A DNA stretch of 64,000 nt. Source: Candidatus Geocrenenecus huangii. Lineage in GTDB: Archaea > Thermoproteota > Nitrososphaeria_A > Caldarchaeales > Wolframiiraptoraceae. Positions 8,876-18,963 of the stretch are shown in pieces. The DNA is taken from the NCBI GenBank assembly GCA_023254095.1, contig JALNLM010000007.1, positions 1-64,000 on the forward strand, in the 5' to 3' direction. The notes under the pieces are model-generated. The model searched no databases and had not been told where the DNA came from. It saw nothing but the letters and a program-made list of their open reading frames with translations. Each line of letters opens with the position of its first letter. The first letter of the stretch is position 1. A program made the position numbers and the translations under genes.

Positions 8876-10099
8876 ATGGCTGACATAGTAATTAGAAATG
8901 CTTTTCTTAGAAAGTATGGAAAGACGTATGATCTCTCTATTAGAGAGGGTAGAATAACTAAGATAGGGAGGGTAGAAGAAAAAGGAGAATTAGAAATAGA
9001 TGCGGAGGGGAGGCTTGTCACAGAATCTTTTGTGAACCCTCATCTACATATGTGTAAGGTTTACACTTTCCAAATAATCGGTGAAGAGGCAGTAAAGCAT
9101 TATCATGGAGAGATGATGTCGGGGGCCATGACAGCGATAGAACTCGCATCAAAGATCAAGGAAAGATACCATGAAAGCTGGATCTACGAGAATGCTAGGA
9201 AAGCTGCTCTCGAAGCTTTAAAGCATGGATGTACCCATATACGCGCCTTCGTAGACACAGACACGAAAGCGAGACTTGAAGGCGTAAAAGCTATCTTAAA
9301 ACTTAGAGATGAATTGAGAGGGGTCTTAGATATAAAAGTTGTCGCTTTTCCCCAAGACGGTATTCTAAGAGACCCTGGTGCGGAAGATCTTATCTGGAGA
9401 GCGGTTGAGATGGGATGCGATGAAGTTGGGGGAATACCCTGGATAGAATACACAGAGCGGGATGAACTCTTACATATAGATAAGATGTTTGAGGTAGCTA
9501 AGAGATATGATAAAGACGTAGCTATGCTTACAGATGATGCAGGAGACGCATCACTAAGAACTACCGAGATGCTTGCGGTGAAAGCTATTAGAGAAGGATG
9601 GGTCGGCAGAGTGACAGCATGCCATGCTAGAGCTATGCAGCTTTACCCTGAGCCATACTTTAGAAAATTAGTACACCTCTTGAAGGAGGCCGATATGAAT
9701 ATAGTCTCCGACCCTCATACAGGTCCACTCCACGCTAGGGTAAGAGAACTATTATCTCATGGAGTAAACGTAGCATTTGGACAAGACGATATAGCAGACG
9801 CATATTACCCTTACGGTAGAAACAAGATGCTTGAAGTAGCATTTCTAAACTCTCATCTATTGTGGATGACGGCGCCCGCCGATATGGAGACGTTATACGA
9901 CATGATCACCGTGAACGCAGCGAAATCCATGAATGTGAAAAATCACGTACTGGAGGAAGGTGGAAAAGCAAATTTAGTAATTCTTAATGCGAGATCAGTT
10001 TATGAAGCAATCTGGATCCAAGCGGAGCCCCTTTACGTAATCAGCAATGGGAAGTTAGTGGTAGAGAATGAGGAGAAAACGACCTTCCACATTAAGTAA
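8876..10099 (+). CDS. Cytosine deaminase/AtzC-like amidohydrolase with non-canonical active site
   Basis: FVNPHLH, VAFPQDG, VTACHA, GQDD motifs; third metal-ligand His apparently absent (AMLTDD). Confidence 0.85.
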   Translation: MADIVIRNAFLRKYGKTYDLSIREGRITKIGRVEEKGELEIDAEGRLVTESFVNPHLHMCKVYTFQIIGEEAVKHYHGEMMSGAMTAIELASKIKERYHESWIYENARKAALEALKHGCTHIRAFVDTDTKARLEGVKAILKLRDELRGVLDIKVVAFPQDGILRDPGAEDLIWRAVEMGCDEVGGIPWIEYTERDELLHIDKMFEVAKRYDKDVAMLTDDAGDASLRTTEMLAVKAIREGWVGRVTACHARAMQLYPEPYFRKLVHLLKEADMNIVSDPHTGPLHARVRELLSHGVNVAFGQDDIADAYYPYGRNKMLEVAFLNSHLLWMTAPADMETLYDMITVNAAKSMNVKNHVLEEGGKANLVILNARSVYEAIWIQAEPLYVISNGKLVVENEEKTTFHIK

Positions 10100-10127
10100 G
10101 AAGACGAGAATGTAGAGATATTATAGC

Positions 10128-12050
10128 TTAATAGGGCTGGATCCCTAGTTCTTTTGCTACATCTTCTAAACCGACTTCTTTCATCTTCTCATAGGATGGG
10201 TATCCTCTATCATCGTAACATCGTAGCCTATAGTATTCTTTCAACATATCATCCAGTTCAACGACGTGGCCCTTACATGGACCAGCAGGGGCAGGCTCCC
10301 TCAAGAGTCTCTCTGGAAGCCTATCGTCTTTACTTGATAACCCCTCTCTTAAGTTAAAGGCTCTCTCGAGTAAGTATATTCTCTCCCCGATGACTCTGAC
10401 GTCTTCTTCAGTATATCTTATACCTGTTGCGTATGTTAGTGCCTCTGCTATATCTTTGAAATAGAACACGGGAGGCCAATGAGTAACGAACTTGCAGAGA
10501 ACAAGCGAATCCACTAATGCTGCAAAATTTTCAGAGTCTATGACCATTAATGGTTTGAATACGGGGCTAAGTCTATCTGCTCCTTCAGGCATAATACTGC
10601 GTCCATATATCTTCTTCGCTCTCTCTTCAAATCTTTCTAGTATTGCATCGGGCCATCCAACCTCACTTAAGAATTCTGCGGACGTTAAGTGGTCTGCACC
10701 TCTATTTGCGACCGCATGTGACAAGCCCATCGATTTCTGAGCTCTCCCGTCTTGAGAGGGAATATCTACTCCCTTCACAGTCATATCATATATTAAAGCT
10801 TCCCCACCTATTCTTAGAGCTAATCTATGAGTTCCTTCAGCCATTAAGTCTCCTATACCCCTTCTGTAAGCGATCATCTCTATAGACTTGATTAAGATCT
10901 CTGGGTCTCCCCACTTGAACTCTAAACCGTTTGTGAACTCTTTATTAATTATTCCTTTCTCGTACAGCTCCATCATGAACCCTACTACTCCTCCAACATC
11001 GTCTGTATCCATTCCAAGCCTATTAGTTAGCTGGTTGGCATAGATTATTGCTTCTAGGTTACTGTTCCCTATCCTCCCACCATAAGCATCTAGTGTTTCA
11101 TACTCTAATCCATATCCTCCTTCACATGCGTATCTTCCACTTAATACTTTATGTCTCTTCTTACAGTGCAAGGGGCATCCATAACAAGAACCTTCACCAA
11201 CTCTGTAAGAGTCTTTAAGAATCTCCGCACTTAGTTTTTCGAATTCTTCAAAATATCCACTCTGTAAGTTTCTTGTAGGATACCTAGCGATCTCGTTCAT
11301 TAAGTTTACGAGTATCGTTGTTCCATACTTTTTTACGCTTTCGCTGAACGGATGGCTGAGAAGTTTTTTAATAGCTTCTACAGACTTCTCATAAAACTTG
11401 TATTTATTATGTAATCTAATCTTTCTTGTTCCATAAACTGCTATCGCTTTCAGCTTCTTAGACCCCATAACCGCTCCCAGACCAGACCTAGCTATCGCTG
11501 CATACTTATCCACCATTATCGACGCTATTCTCACCTTATTTTCTCCAGCTGGACCAATTATAGCTGTATGAATATCTTCTCTGATCTCTTTTTTAAGCAG
11601 GTCATGCGTCTCCCAAACATCTTTTCCCCACAGATTCTCTGCACTCCTAATCTCCGCCACTCCATCATCTATATACAGGTACACGGGTTTCTTCGAAGTT
11701 CCTTCGATTATTACTGCATCAAATCCTGCGAACTTAAGATATGGAGCAAAACCTCCTCCACAATTTCCTTCACCCCAAGCATTTGATAGTGGCCCCTTCG
11801 CAGCAGCATGAAGTCTCCCACTCGAAGGCCAGAGAGTACCATTTAGAGGCCCTGCTGCAAATATGAGTTTATTCTCTGGTGAAAGGGGATCGATGCCTTT
11901 CCTCAACTCATCCCATAATATTCTAGCGCCGAACCCATTTCCACCAATGTATTTTTGAGCTAAATGTTCAGGCGTTACTTCATACTTTATCTTTTCTTCC
12001 GAAAGGTTAACCCTTAGTATCCTACCCATCCATCCATACATGTTCTCCAC
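10128..12050 (-). CDS. Aldehyde:ferredoxin oxidoreductase family (tungstopterin) protein
   Basis: GWMGRILRVNLS, IGPAGE, GLGAVMGSKKLKA, CYGCPLHC, LEYET, RGADH, DSLVLC. Confidence 0.93.
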   Translation of the reverse strand: MENMYGWMGRILRVNLSEEKIKYEVTPEHLAQKYIGGNGFGARILWDELRKGIDPLSPENKLIFAAGPLNGTLWPSSGRLHAAAKGPLSNAWGEGNCGGGFAPYLKFAGFDAVIIEGTSKKPVYLYIDDGVAEIRSAENLWGKDVWETHDLLKKEIREDIHTAIIGPAGENKVRIASIMVDKYAAIARSGLGAVMGSKKLKAIAVYGTRKIRLHNKYKFYEKSVEAIKKLLSHPFSESVKKYGTTILVNLMNEIARYPTRNLQSGYFEEFEKLSAEILKDSYRVGEGSCYGCPLHCKKRHKVLSGRYACEGGYGLEYETLDAYGGRIGNSNLEAIIYANQLTNRLGMDTDDVGGVVGFMMELYEKGIINKEFTNGLEFKWGDPEILIKSIEMIAYRRGIGDLMAEGTHRLALRIGGEALIYDMTVKGVDIPSQDGRAQKSMGLSHAVANRGADHLTSAEFLSEVGWPDAILERFEERAKKIYGRSIMPEGADRLSPVFKPLMVIDSENFAALVDSLVLCKFVTHWPPVFYFKDIAEALTYATGIRYTEEDVRVIGERIYLLERAFNLREGLSSKDDRLPERLLREPAPAGPCKGHVVELDDMLKEYYRLRCYDDRGYPSYEKMKEVGLEDVAKELGIQPY

Positions 12051-12051
12051 C

Positions 12052-12468
12052 TCATGCTTTATAGATTGGTTTGATCTCCATCTCTGTCATTTTTAGAGCT
12101 CCTGTTGGACAGTTGTCTACGCAGGCGCCGCAGGTTACGCATTTATTCGGAATTGGTAGTTCTGACGTAATCCAGATAGATTTGGTAGGACAGACTTCAA
12201 CGCATACCCCGCATAGAGTACATAGAGCCTCATCGATCAGTATGCTTTTATTTACAATGCTTATCGCATTCTCTGGACAGTTCCACATACAGATTCCACA
12301 ATTATTACATACATTTATTCTGAACCCGTTTGGGTCATTATCGATTATCTTTATCTTTGATTTGCTGAGCTTCTCTTCTCCAAAATTCACCATGGGGCAC
12401 GTCATCATACATATGTTGCATCCGACACATTTAGAGCCGTCTCCAAATAATCTCTTAACGACCGGCAC
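12052..12468 (-). CDS. Polyferredoxin (4x[4Fe-4S]) subunit of the AOR
   Basis: Four CxxCxxCxxxCP motifs. Confidence 0.92.
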   Translation of the reverse strand: MPVVKRLFGDGSKCVGCNICMMTCPMVNFGEEKLSKSKIKIIDNDPNGFRINVCNNCGICMWNCPENAISIVNKSILIDEALCTLCGVCVEVCPTKSIWITSELPIPNKCVTCGACVDNCPTGALKMTEMEIKPIYKA

Positions 12469-12471
12469 GCT

Positions 12472-12810
12472 TCATCCACCTGAGGGTGGGAACATTATTG
12501 TTATCTCATCTCCATCTTCAATTTGGAGGTCGGCTTCTTCGAATGGCTTAAATCCATCTTTGTCGAAAACTCCTATAGTAATGCTATTCTTCATCAAAAC
12601 ATAGCCTCGAAATATGTTAGCGTATCTGGAACCCGAAGAATCCCGTTTATCATGTTTAACATAGTCTCTATAGATTATCTCAAGTAGATCTTCTATTGTT
12701 GAACCTCTGCTCAAAGTAATCTTATCCAGTTTTTCTTTCAAGATATCTCGTGAAGGAATTATTTTTACATTAACAGCGATTTTTTCACCCACATCTTTAT
12801 ATGACGGCAT
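12472..12810 (-). CDS. MoaD/ThiS/SAMP ubiquitin-like sulfur carrier
   Basis: C-terminal IEDGDEITIMFPPSGG; start probably ATG at 12810 (ORF track gives 12867). Confidence 0.85.
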   Translation of the reverse strand: MPSYKDVGEKIAVNVKIIPSRDILKEKLDKITLSRGSTIEDLLEIIYRDYVKHDKRDSSGSRYANIFRGYVLMKNSITIGVFDKDGFKPFEEADLQIEDGDEITIMFPPSGG

Positions 12811-13041
12811 CTTTAATTTATATATTTCGTAATTAATTATGTAGAGGTGACTCGACATTTTACTCATCGATTATTGACCCTTTGTTAAATTTGTGGAGAA
12901 AGAAAAGTGTAGGTAACCAGGACTGGGTAGTTCATAAAACATAATGGTGGGTTGAGTATTCTATGTCTGAAATTATCTAAATATTGTAAAAGTTTATATT
13001 GGCTTATACATCGAATAATACGTGTTCGGGAGTGGTATGTA

Positions 13042-14250
13042 TTGAAGAGTAAGAAAACTGTTAATGGCGTGTCTAAGGCTATTGCAGTTCTTCTCGTTCT
13101 AGTAGTAATCTTAGCTTTAGTTGCAGTCCTCGAGCCGGTTCTATTGCCTACCAAGACTGTAACAACAACTAACGTAATTACTGAAACCAAGACTCTGGTG
13201 ACTACTTTAGGAGCGGCAACCGTAACTGAGACAAGAACCGTTGAGAGGACTGTTACTGTTGGAAAGCCTCTGAAGACGGAACTAGTAGTTAGAGCAGTTT
13301 TCCAGACCCCTGTAAGTGAGCCTTGGGATGGAGCCATACATACAGCGATACTAGCTGTTAAAGAAGAGTTCGAGGCCAAGGGTATAAAAGTTGATTACCA
13401 GTTTGTAGATAGGAAGATAGATCCCAAAGAGTTTGAGCTAGCTCTAGAAGATGCCGCAAAAGTTGCAGACATAGTCTTCTTAGACGCATTCTTGAAAGAA
13501 GATATTGCGAGGAGAGTAGCCCAGAAATATCCGAACGTAGCTTTTGCGGCTGGAAGCGAGTATTTACCAGCACCTCCAAACTTTGCGGTCTTCGATAACT
13601 GGCTACATCAACCGGCATTCTTAGCAGGGGTAATAGCTGGAAAGATCACGAAGACGAATAAGATAGGAGTGGTTGCAGCGATGGAGATAAACGAGGTGAA
13701 TAGGATAGTGAATGCCTTCATAGCTGGAGCAAAGAGTGTAAATCCAAATGTTAAAGCTAAAGTCGTATACCTGCTTGGAAATATCCCGCCAGGAGAATCC
13801 CCATGGTATCATCCGGCTACAGCTAAGAGGCTTGCTAAGACATTGATAGATCTTGGAGCAGATGTGATATTTGCTGAAAGGGTTGGAGCGGAGGAAGCAG
13901 CTAGAGAAGCCTACGCCGAAGGTAAGGAAGTCTGGGTTGTAGGAAACATGGCGGACCAGTATGAGAGAGCTCCGGAAGTAACTATAACTAGCCTGGTCTG
14001 GGATATGAGGCCAACAGTTCGAGTAGCTTTCGAGAGAGTGCTGGCTGGAACATGGACTGCTGACAATCTCGGAACATATTCTTGGACGAGCTTTGGTGGA
14101 TCATATCTAGCAGATTTCCATCACTTCGGCAAACCTTCACCTCCTATGACGTCAGAGATACTGAGCCTAGTTAAAGAATGGGAGACGAGGATAGTTAATG
14201 GACTGACGTGGATACCTATAATTGAGGCATCGCCGACATCAGATTATTAG
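13042..14250 (+). CDS. BMP-family (nucleoside/purine-type) ABC transporter substrate-binding protein
   Basis: TM anchor, Thr/Val-rich linker, AFLAGVIAGKITKTNKIGVV, GADVIF; TTG at 13042 after GGAGTGG preferred over 12952. Confidence 0.88.
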   Translation: MKSKKTVNGVSKAIAVLLVLVVILALVAVLEPVLLPTKTVTTTNVITETKTLVTTLGAATVTETRTVERTVTVGKPLKTELVVRAVFQTPVSEPWDGAIHTAILAVKEEFEAKGIKVDYQFVDRKIDPKEFELALEDAAKVADIVFLDAFLKEDIARRVAQKYPNVAFAAGSEYLPAPPNFAVFDNWLHQPAFLAGVIAGKITKTNKIGVVAAMEINEVNRIVNAFIAGAKSVNPNVKAKVVYLLGNIPPGESPWYHPATAKRLAKTLIDLGADVIFAERVGAEEAAREAYAEGKEVWVVGNMADQYERAPEVTITSLVWDMRPTVRVAFERVLAGTWTADNLGTYSWTSFGGSYLADFHHFGKPSPPMTSEILSLVKEWETRIVNGLTWIPIIEASPTSDY

Positions 14251-14294
14251 AAAACAACACCTAACTTTTTTTATCATCTCTTTAAGTATTATAG

Positions 14295-15845
14295 GTGAAA
14301 AGTTACATGAAAGCTAGGGTAATGGAGCCGGCAATCAGATTGGTTGAGGTCTGCAAGACTTTTCCAGGCGGCGTAGTAGCCGTAGATAATGTATCCCTAG
14401 AACTCGAGGGTGGAGTACTTTATGGGTATGTTGGACCTAACGGTGCAGGAAAATCTACCATAACTAACTTGATAAGCGGTTACTATACTCCAGACAAAGG
14501 AGAGATATACGTTCATGGAGTTAGAATACTAGATTTTCATCAAGCGATCTCAGAAGGAGTAGTAAAAGTGGAACAGCATCCGAATCTAGCTCCATGGCTT
14601 ACGCCGGCTGAACACCTAGCCCTGTTGATCCCCAAGATCTTTTATAATGTTGAGGGCTTAAAAGAGAAAGCCAAAGAGCTAATTAACACAATAGGTGTTA
14701 AAGTTGATCTCGATGCACGTGTCGAAGATTTACCTATAGGCAGTCTAAGAGTATTTGAAATTGTTAAAGCCTTGATATTATGTGACCTTTTTTATCAAGT
14801 TGGGAAGAAGCCGATCTTAATACTGGACGAAGCAACTGCCTTTCTACCTATCCAACAGAAGAAAATATTAAAGAACATGTTGAGAAATCTAACCCTCCTC
14901 GGATACACCATTATACTGATCTCGCATGACCTAGCAGAGGTTATAGACGTCTCAGATGAGATACTCGTGATGACCGCTGGAAAGATAGTTTCTAGGTTTA
15001 AGTCTGAGAAACTAGATATGGCGGAGCTCATTAGGTCGATGTTTGATACTGTCCCAGTATCAGAGTCCGTTAAAACTGATTATACACATATTAAGGAAGA
15101 GGTGGCACTAACAATAGACTCTTTAAAAGTTAGAGACGATAGAGGTCACCTAGTCATAAGAGACCTGAACTTAACAGTATTTAGCGGAGAAGTTCATGGG
15201 GTAGCAGCTATTCCTGGGACAGGAGAGAAAGAACTTGTAGAGTGCATATACGGTTTGAGACCTGCTGAATCTGGCAAGATAATATTATTCGGAGAAGATG
15301 TAACGAACCTAAACATTTATCAAAAAAAGGTTAAGGGCATATCTTTTATCTCGGATGATAGGATTAGAGATGGGTTGATACCTGATGCAACTGTCGAAGA
15401 TAATCTGACTATAGGAAGCGAGTACAAGTTCACCTACTTTAATCGATTACTAATAAATAAGAAGGTTAAAGAAACATTAGCTAAACAATTGATACAGGAA
15501 TTCTCTATAGTTGCAAAAAACATAAAGTCGCCTGTCACCACCCTCTCAGGGGGTAACATGCAGCGTGTATATCTTGCGAGGATTATGGGTCGGCTTGGAA
15601 GACTGCTGATAGCTCTACATCCGACCATCGGTTTAGATCCTATGGGGACAAAGCTATTCTTCGATAAAGTTGGAGAAAGAAAAGCTAAAGGTCTCACGAC
15701 CCTCATATTCTCGCCTAACGTAAAAGAGCTCATAACGTTCTGCGATAGAATCTCAGTCTTGAGTAATGGAAGGATCATTGGAACCTTTAAAGCAGAAGAG
15801 GCAAGTGTTGAGAAGATAGGGTTAATGGTTAGCGGGGTCGCCTAG
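14295..15845 (+). CDS. ABC transporter ATP-binding protein with two NBDs (sugar/nucleoside type)
   Basis: GPNGAGKS, ILDEAT, ISH; second domain LSGGNMQR. Confidence 0.92.
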   Translation: MKSYMKARVMEPAIRLVEVCKTFPGGVVAVDNVSLELEGGVLYGYVGPNGAGKSTITNLISGYYTPDKGEIYVHGVRILDFHQAISEGVVKVEQHPNLAPWLTPAEHLALLIPKIFYNVEGLKEKAKELINTIGVKVDLDARVEDLPIGSLRVFEIVKALILCDLFYQVGKKPILILDEATAFLPIQQKKILKNMLRNLTLLGYTIILISHDLAEVIDVSDEILVMTAGKIVSRFKSEKLDMAELIRSMFDTVPVSESVKTDYTHIKEEVALTIDSLKVRDDRGHLVIRDLNLTVFSGEVHGVAAIPGTGEKELVECIYGLRPAESGKIILFGEDVTNLNIYQKKVKGISFISDDRIRDGLIPDATVEDNLTIGSEYKFTYFNRLLINKKVKETLAKQLIQEFSIVAKNIKSPVTTLSGGNMQRVYLARIMGRLGRLLIALHPTIGLDPMGTKLFFDKVGERKAKGLTTLIFSPNVKELITFCDRISVLSNGRIIGTFKAEEASVEKIGLMVSGVA

Positions 15846-15846
15846 A

Positions 15847-17991
15847 TTGTTTAAGATAAAGTTATTGAAGAGAGAGCCGCTGCCAGCAAAGTACCGGATA
15901 CTTCTACCGATACTCTCAACCTTGATCGCGGTCGCTACTTCATCGGTATACGTCCTAATAGCTGGACGTGACATAGTCCAAGTGTACTATTACCTGATTA
16001 CATGGCCACTTACATACCCGGCTGAGATACTAGTCACTTCAACACCCTTGCTTTTGCTAGCTCTAGCTATATCTATTGCATTTAAGGCGAAGTTCTGGAA
16101 TATAGGGGCTCATGGACAATTTATTGTAGGTGGATTGATAACGGCCTGGCTTGGAGTTAGGCTTGGAGACTTAACCCCTCATCTACTAATTCCTTTACTA
16201 ATGTTGTTAGCTTGGCTTGGTGGTGCTGGAGTTGCTTTAATATCTTGGTATTTGAAGGTTAAGAGGAATCAGGATGAAGTCCTTACAACGATATTGATCT
16301 GGTCAGCGATCCTACTGATTAATGCTGGTTTACTAACCGGGCCTCTTCGTTCTCCCTATACTACCTATCCACAATCTCAAGAGATAAGCGTTAACGCTAA
16401 GCTTCCAATATTGATGCCTGAGACGAGGCTTCACGCAGGGGTAGTCGTTCCATTCATTATTGCGGCCATACTTTGGGTAATCTTTAATAGAGCAAGTTTC
16501 AGAAACAATATAATTGCTGTTACTGTTCCCAGAGTAGCTCTCCTCGAAGGAATAAATATCTCCAGAACGTATTTCTGGGTAGCTTTCCTGAGTGGTGGAA
16601 TCGCCGGACTAGCTGGATCTATAGAACTCATGGGTATTCTATACTACATGACGCCGTTTATTGGTCCAAACTATGGTCTTGTAGCTTTAGCGATAGCTAT
16701 GCTTGGAAACCTAGACCCGGTAGGGATTGTTGTGGCAGCATTCTTCTTCAGCATCTTAATTAATGGAGCTAATGCAATGAGCTGGAATACCGGAGTCCCG
16801 AGCTTCTTGTCAGATATAATCCAAGCTCAAACACTCATCTTCTTCCTAATCTTCAGCATCTTCAATAACTACAGATTAACCATCGTGAGGACTGAAGCTG
16901 TTAAGAGTAAGTCTCCACCAATTACTTTGAAGTTCTCGGGAAGAGTTAATCCGACAAGCCGTCAGATAATAATTAGTAAAAATAATCTGAAGATCTTGAT
17001 AGTTGCCATCGCGGTTCTCTTATTCTTTTCGATTCTGGGACAAGTTTACCCAGAGTTTAAGATGAGCTTTATAGAGACAGTGGCTTCAAGTATACTCGTT
17101 CTAACCCTAGTGATCTCAACCCCGATAGTATTCGCTGGGATAGGTGAGACCTTTACGGAGAAGTCCGGCGTAATAAATCTTGGAATACTTGGAGTAATGA
17201 TCTCTGGAGCAGCATGGGGATTTATGGGAGCATACTTTAGTGGAAACATCGTTATCGGAGTAGTAACTGCGGCTTTATCAGGTATATTATTCGGCTTACT
17301 GTTCGCATTCCTAGTAGTAACGCTCGGAATCCAGCAACATATCGCGGGGATAGCTATAACATTCTATTCTATGAATGTTGCCTACTTCTTCCATAGACTC
17401 TTGATAGGATCCCCGCTTGTCGAGCCAACTATTCCTCCTACATTCCCTATACGAATACCTTTCTTTGAATCATTACCGATTATAGGAAGTCTGTTTAAAC
17501 ATAATCTCTACACCTATGTTGGAATATACCTTCTACCCCCACTTGCTATCTTCATATTCTTCAAGACTAGGTGGGGGTTGATCTTGAGGGCGGTAGGAGA
17601 GAATCCGAAGACGGTGGATTCAGCTAGAGTTAAAGTTCACTTAACTAGATATCTCGCCGTAATCCTGGGGACGTCTCTCATGTCTATAGGAGGAGCATAC
17701 TATTCATTGGTTGATCTGAGAACCTTCAACTTGAATGTCGGAGGAGAGTGGAGCTGGATAGCTCTTGCATTAGTAATATTGGGGAACTGGAATCCGTTAT
17801 GGGTTTGGTTAGCCTGCATATTCTTCGGCATGCTTAATGCCGTACAAGCATGGTTGGTAGCAACCGTTATTCAGATACCTTACCAGTTCTTCCAATCAAT
17901 ACCTTACATAGTTACGATAGCAGCCTCAGCAATACTAGGTAAACGTGTAAGGCCTCCTAAAGCTTTACTACAGCCATACAGAAGAGAATGA
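15847..17991 (+). CDS. Fused double ABC permease (nucleoside type)
   Basis: Two permease halves (FWNIGAHGQ...; EKSGVINLG...LRAVGENP...WIALA) in one 714-aa ORF. Confidence 0.88.
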   Translation: MFKIKLLKREPLPAKYRILLPILSTLIAVATSSVYVLIAGRDIVQVYYYLITWPLTYPAEILVTSTPLLLLALAISIAFKAKFWNIGAHGQFIVGGLITAWLGVRLGDLTPHLLIPLLMLLAWLGGAGVALISWYLKVKRNQDEVLTTILIWSAILLINAGLLTGPLRSPYTTYPQSQEISVNAKLPILMPETRLHAGVVVPFIIAAILWVIFNRASFRNNIIAVTVPRVALLEGINISRTYFWVAFLSGGIAGLAGSIELMGILYYMTPFIGPNYGLVALAIAMLGNLDPVGIVVAAFFFSILINGANAMSWNTGVPSFLSDIIQAQTLIFFLIFSIFNNYRLTIVRTEAVKSKSPPITLKFSGRVNPTSRQIIISKNNLKILIVAIAVLLFFSILGQVYPEFKMSFIETVASSILVLTLVISTPIVFAGIGETFTEKSGVINLGILGVMISGAAWGFMGAYFSGNIVIGVVTAALSGILFGLLFAFLVVTLGIQQHIAGIAITFYSMNVAYFFHRLLIGSPLVEPTIPPTFPIRIPFFESLPIIGSLFKHNLYTYVGIYLLPPLAIFIFFKTRWGLILRAVGENPKTVDSARVKVHLTRYLAVILGTSLMSIGGAYYSLVDLRTFNLNVGGEWSWIALALVILGNWNPLWVWLACIFFGMLNAVQAWLVATVIQIPYQFFQSIPYIVTIAASAILGKRVRPPKALLQPYRRE

Positions 17992-17997
17992 TAGAGT

Positions 17998-18735
17998 ATG
18001 GATAGAATCATTTTATCGGAAAGAGTAGATGAAGTATCCGATATACGCTCGCTACAAGAATGGTTTAATCAATTGTTGAAAGATGCCGGAGTAGAGGTGT
18101 CGATTGGAAGAATAAACAATAGATGGTTATACGTTGAAGCTAGTAAGGTTTCCCTTTTCTCATCTATGCTGAATCTGCAAGTGTATTATCCTCTTGAAGT
18201 AGCTGAGAGACCTATACTTAGAACATGCTGGGTGGAGAAGATACAAGGTAATAATGTGACGTATTCTTATCCATTGATCGATGGGTCGTCGAAGTTCTCG
18301 AGATCTCGACTAGATGATTGGGTAGGGTATCTAGGATGTGGAAAAGATAGCTTGGATTGTCTCGATGTATTGAAGAGTACAGGGGTTCAGGTAGGGTACC
18401 CGATAAATTTGACAATTAACAAGCCGTCAGTACTTTATAGGAAATTGCTTGAGAGATTAACAATCCTAGGTTTGGATGTGGTCTTTGTGAGGGGGTTAAC
18501 GCCTTTAGAGCTTAACAGCATATTAGATAGAGAGATAGTGAATAAGTTTACCGCAGACTATATTCACCTTACATTAACCACCCATATACTATACCTGAAG
18601 CTTGGAGTAAAACCTTCGAAAGCTATTGAGAAGTTATCGGAGACAGCTTCCAAGCTAAGCATACCCTTAACTTACACTATATGTGAATGGAAGAAGCTAG
18701 AATCCATCTTGTCGTTACTGGAAACTAATATATGA
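17998..18735 (+). CDS. Hypothetical protein, weak resemblance to archaeal DUF2110
   Basis: 245-aa ORF with normal composition; family resemblance by eye only. Confidence 0.45.
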   Translation: MDRIILSERVDEVSDIRSLQEWFNQLLKDAGVEVSIGRINNRWLYVEASKVSLFSSMLNLQVYYPLEVAERPILRTCWVEKIQGNNVTYSYPLIDGSSKFSRSRLDDWVGYLGCGKDSLDCLDVLKSTGVQVGYPINLTINKPSVLYRKLLERLTILGLDVVFVRGLTPLELNSILDREIVNKFTADYIHLTLTTHILYLKLGVKPSKAIEKLSETASKLSIPLTYTICEWKKLESILSLLETNI

Positions 18736-18963
18736 AGAGAAACTACATAATAATCAATCAAGCTAGATGATGTGAACATTAGGGGAAATACCCCCATTAT
18801 TGTTCTCGGAAGTAGCGATTAAGTTCTATCCCATAACTACACCTGCTCATAGTTTAAAGATTTTCAGAACAGATGCTAGACATCACCTACTTTCACGAAG
18901 AGGATGTAGTGTCAAGAATTACAATCTAAGAGAGTCTTGAGTAAAACATTGCCAGAGTACTAA

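Noticed and set aside
12071-12604. Long antisense ORFs in the track (e.g. 12071..12604, 23574..24239, 53226..53966, 12885..13379)
   Set aside because: They are shadows of well-supported genes on the opposite strand, with Ser/Ile-rich non-protein-like composition
13140-13260. Repeat-like ACT/GTA-rich stretch
   Set aside because: It encodes the ordinary Thr/Val-rich linker of an archaeal membrane-anchored binding protein
18770-18925. Two imperfect hairpins followed by ACA (H/ACA RNA-like)
   Set aside because: No clear K-turn or pseudouridylation pocket; cannot be supported by eye
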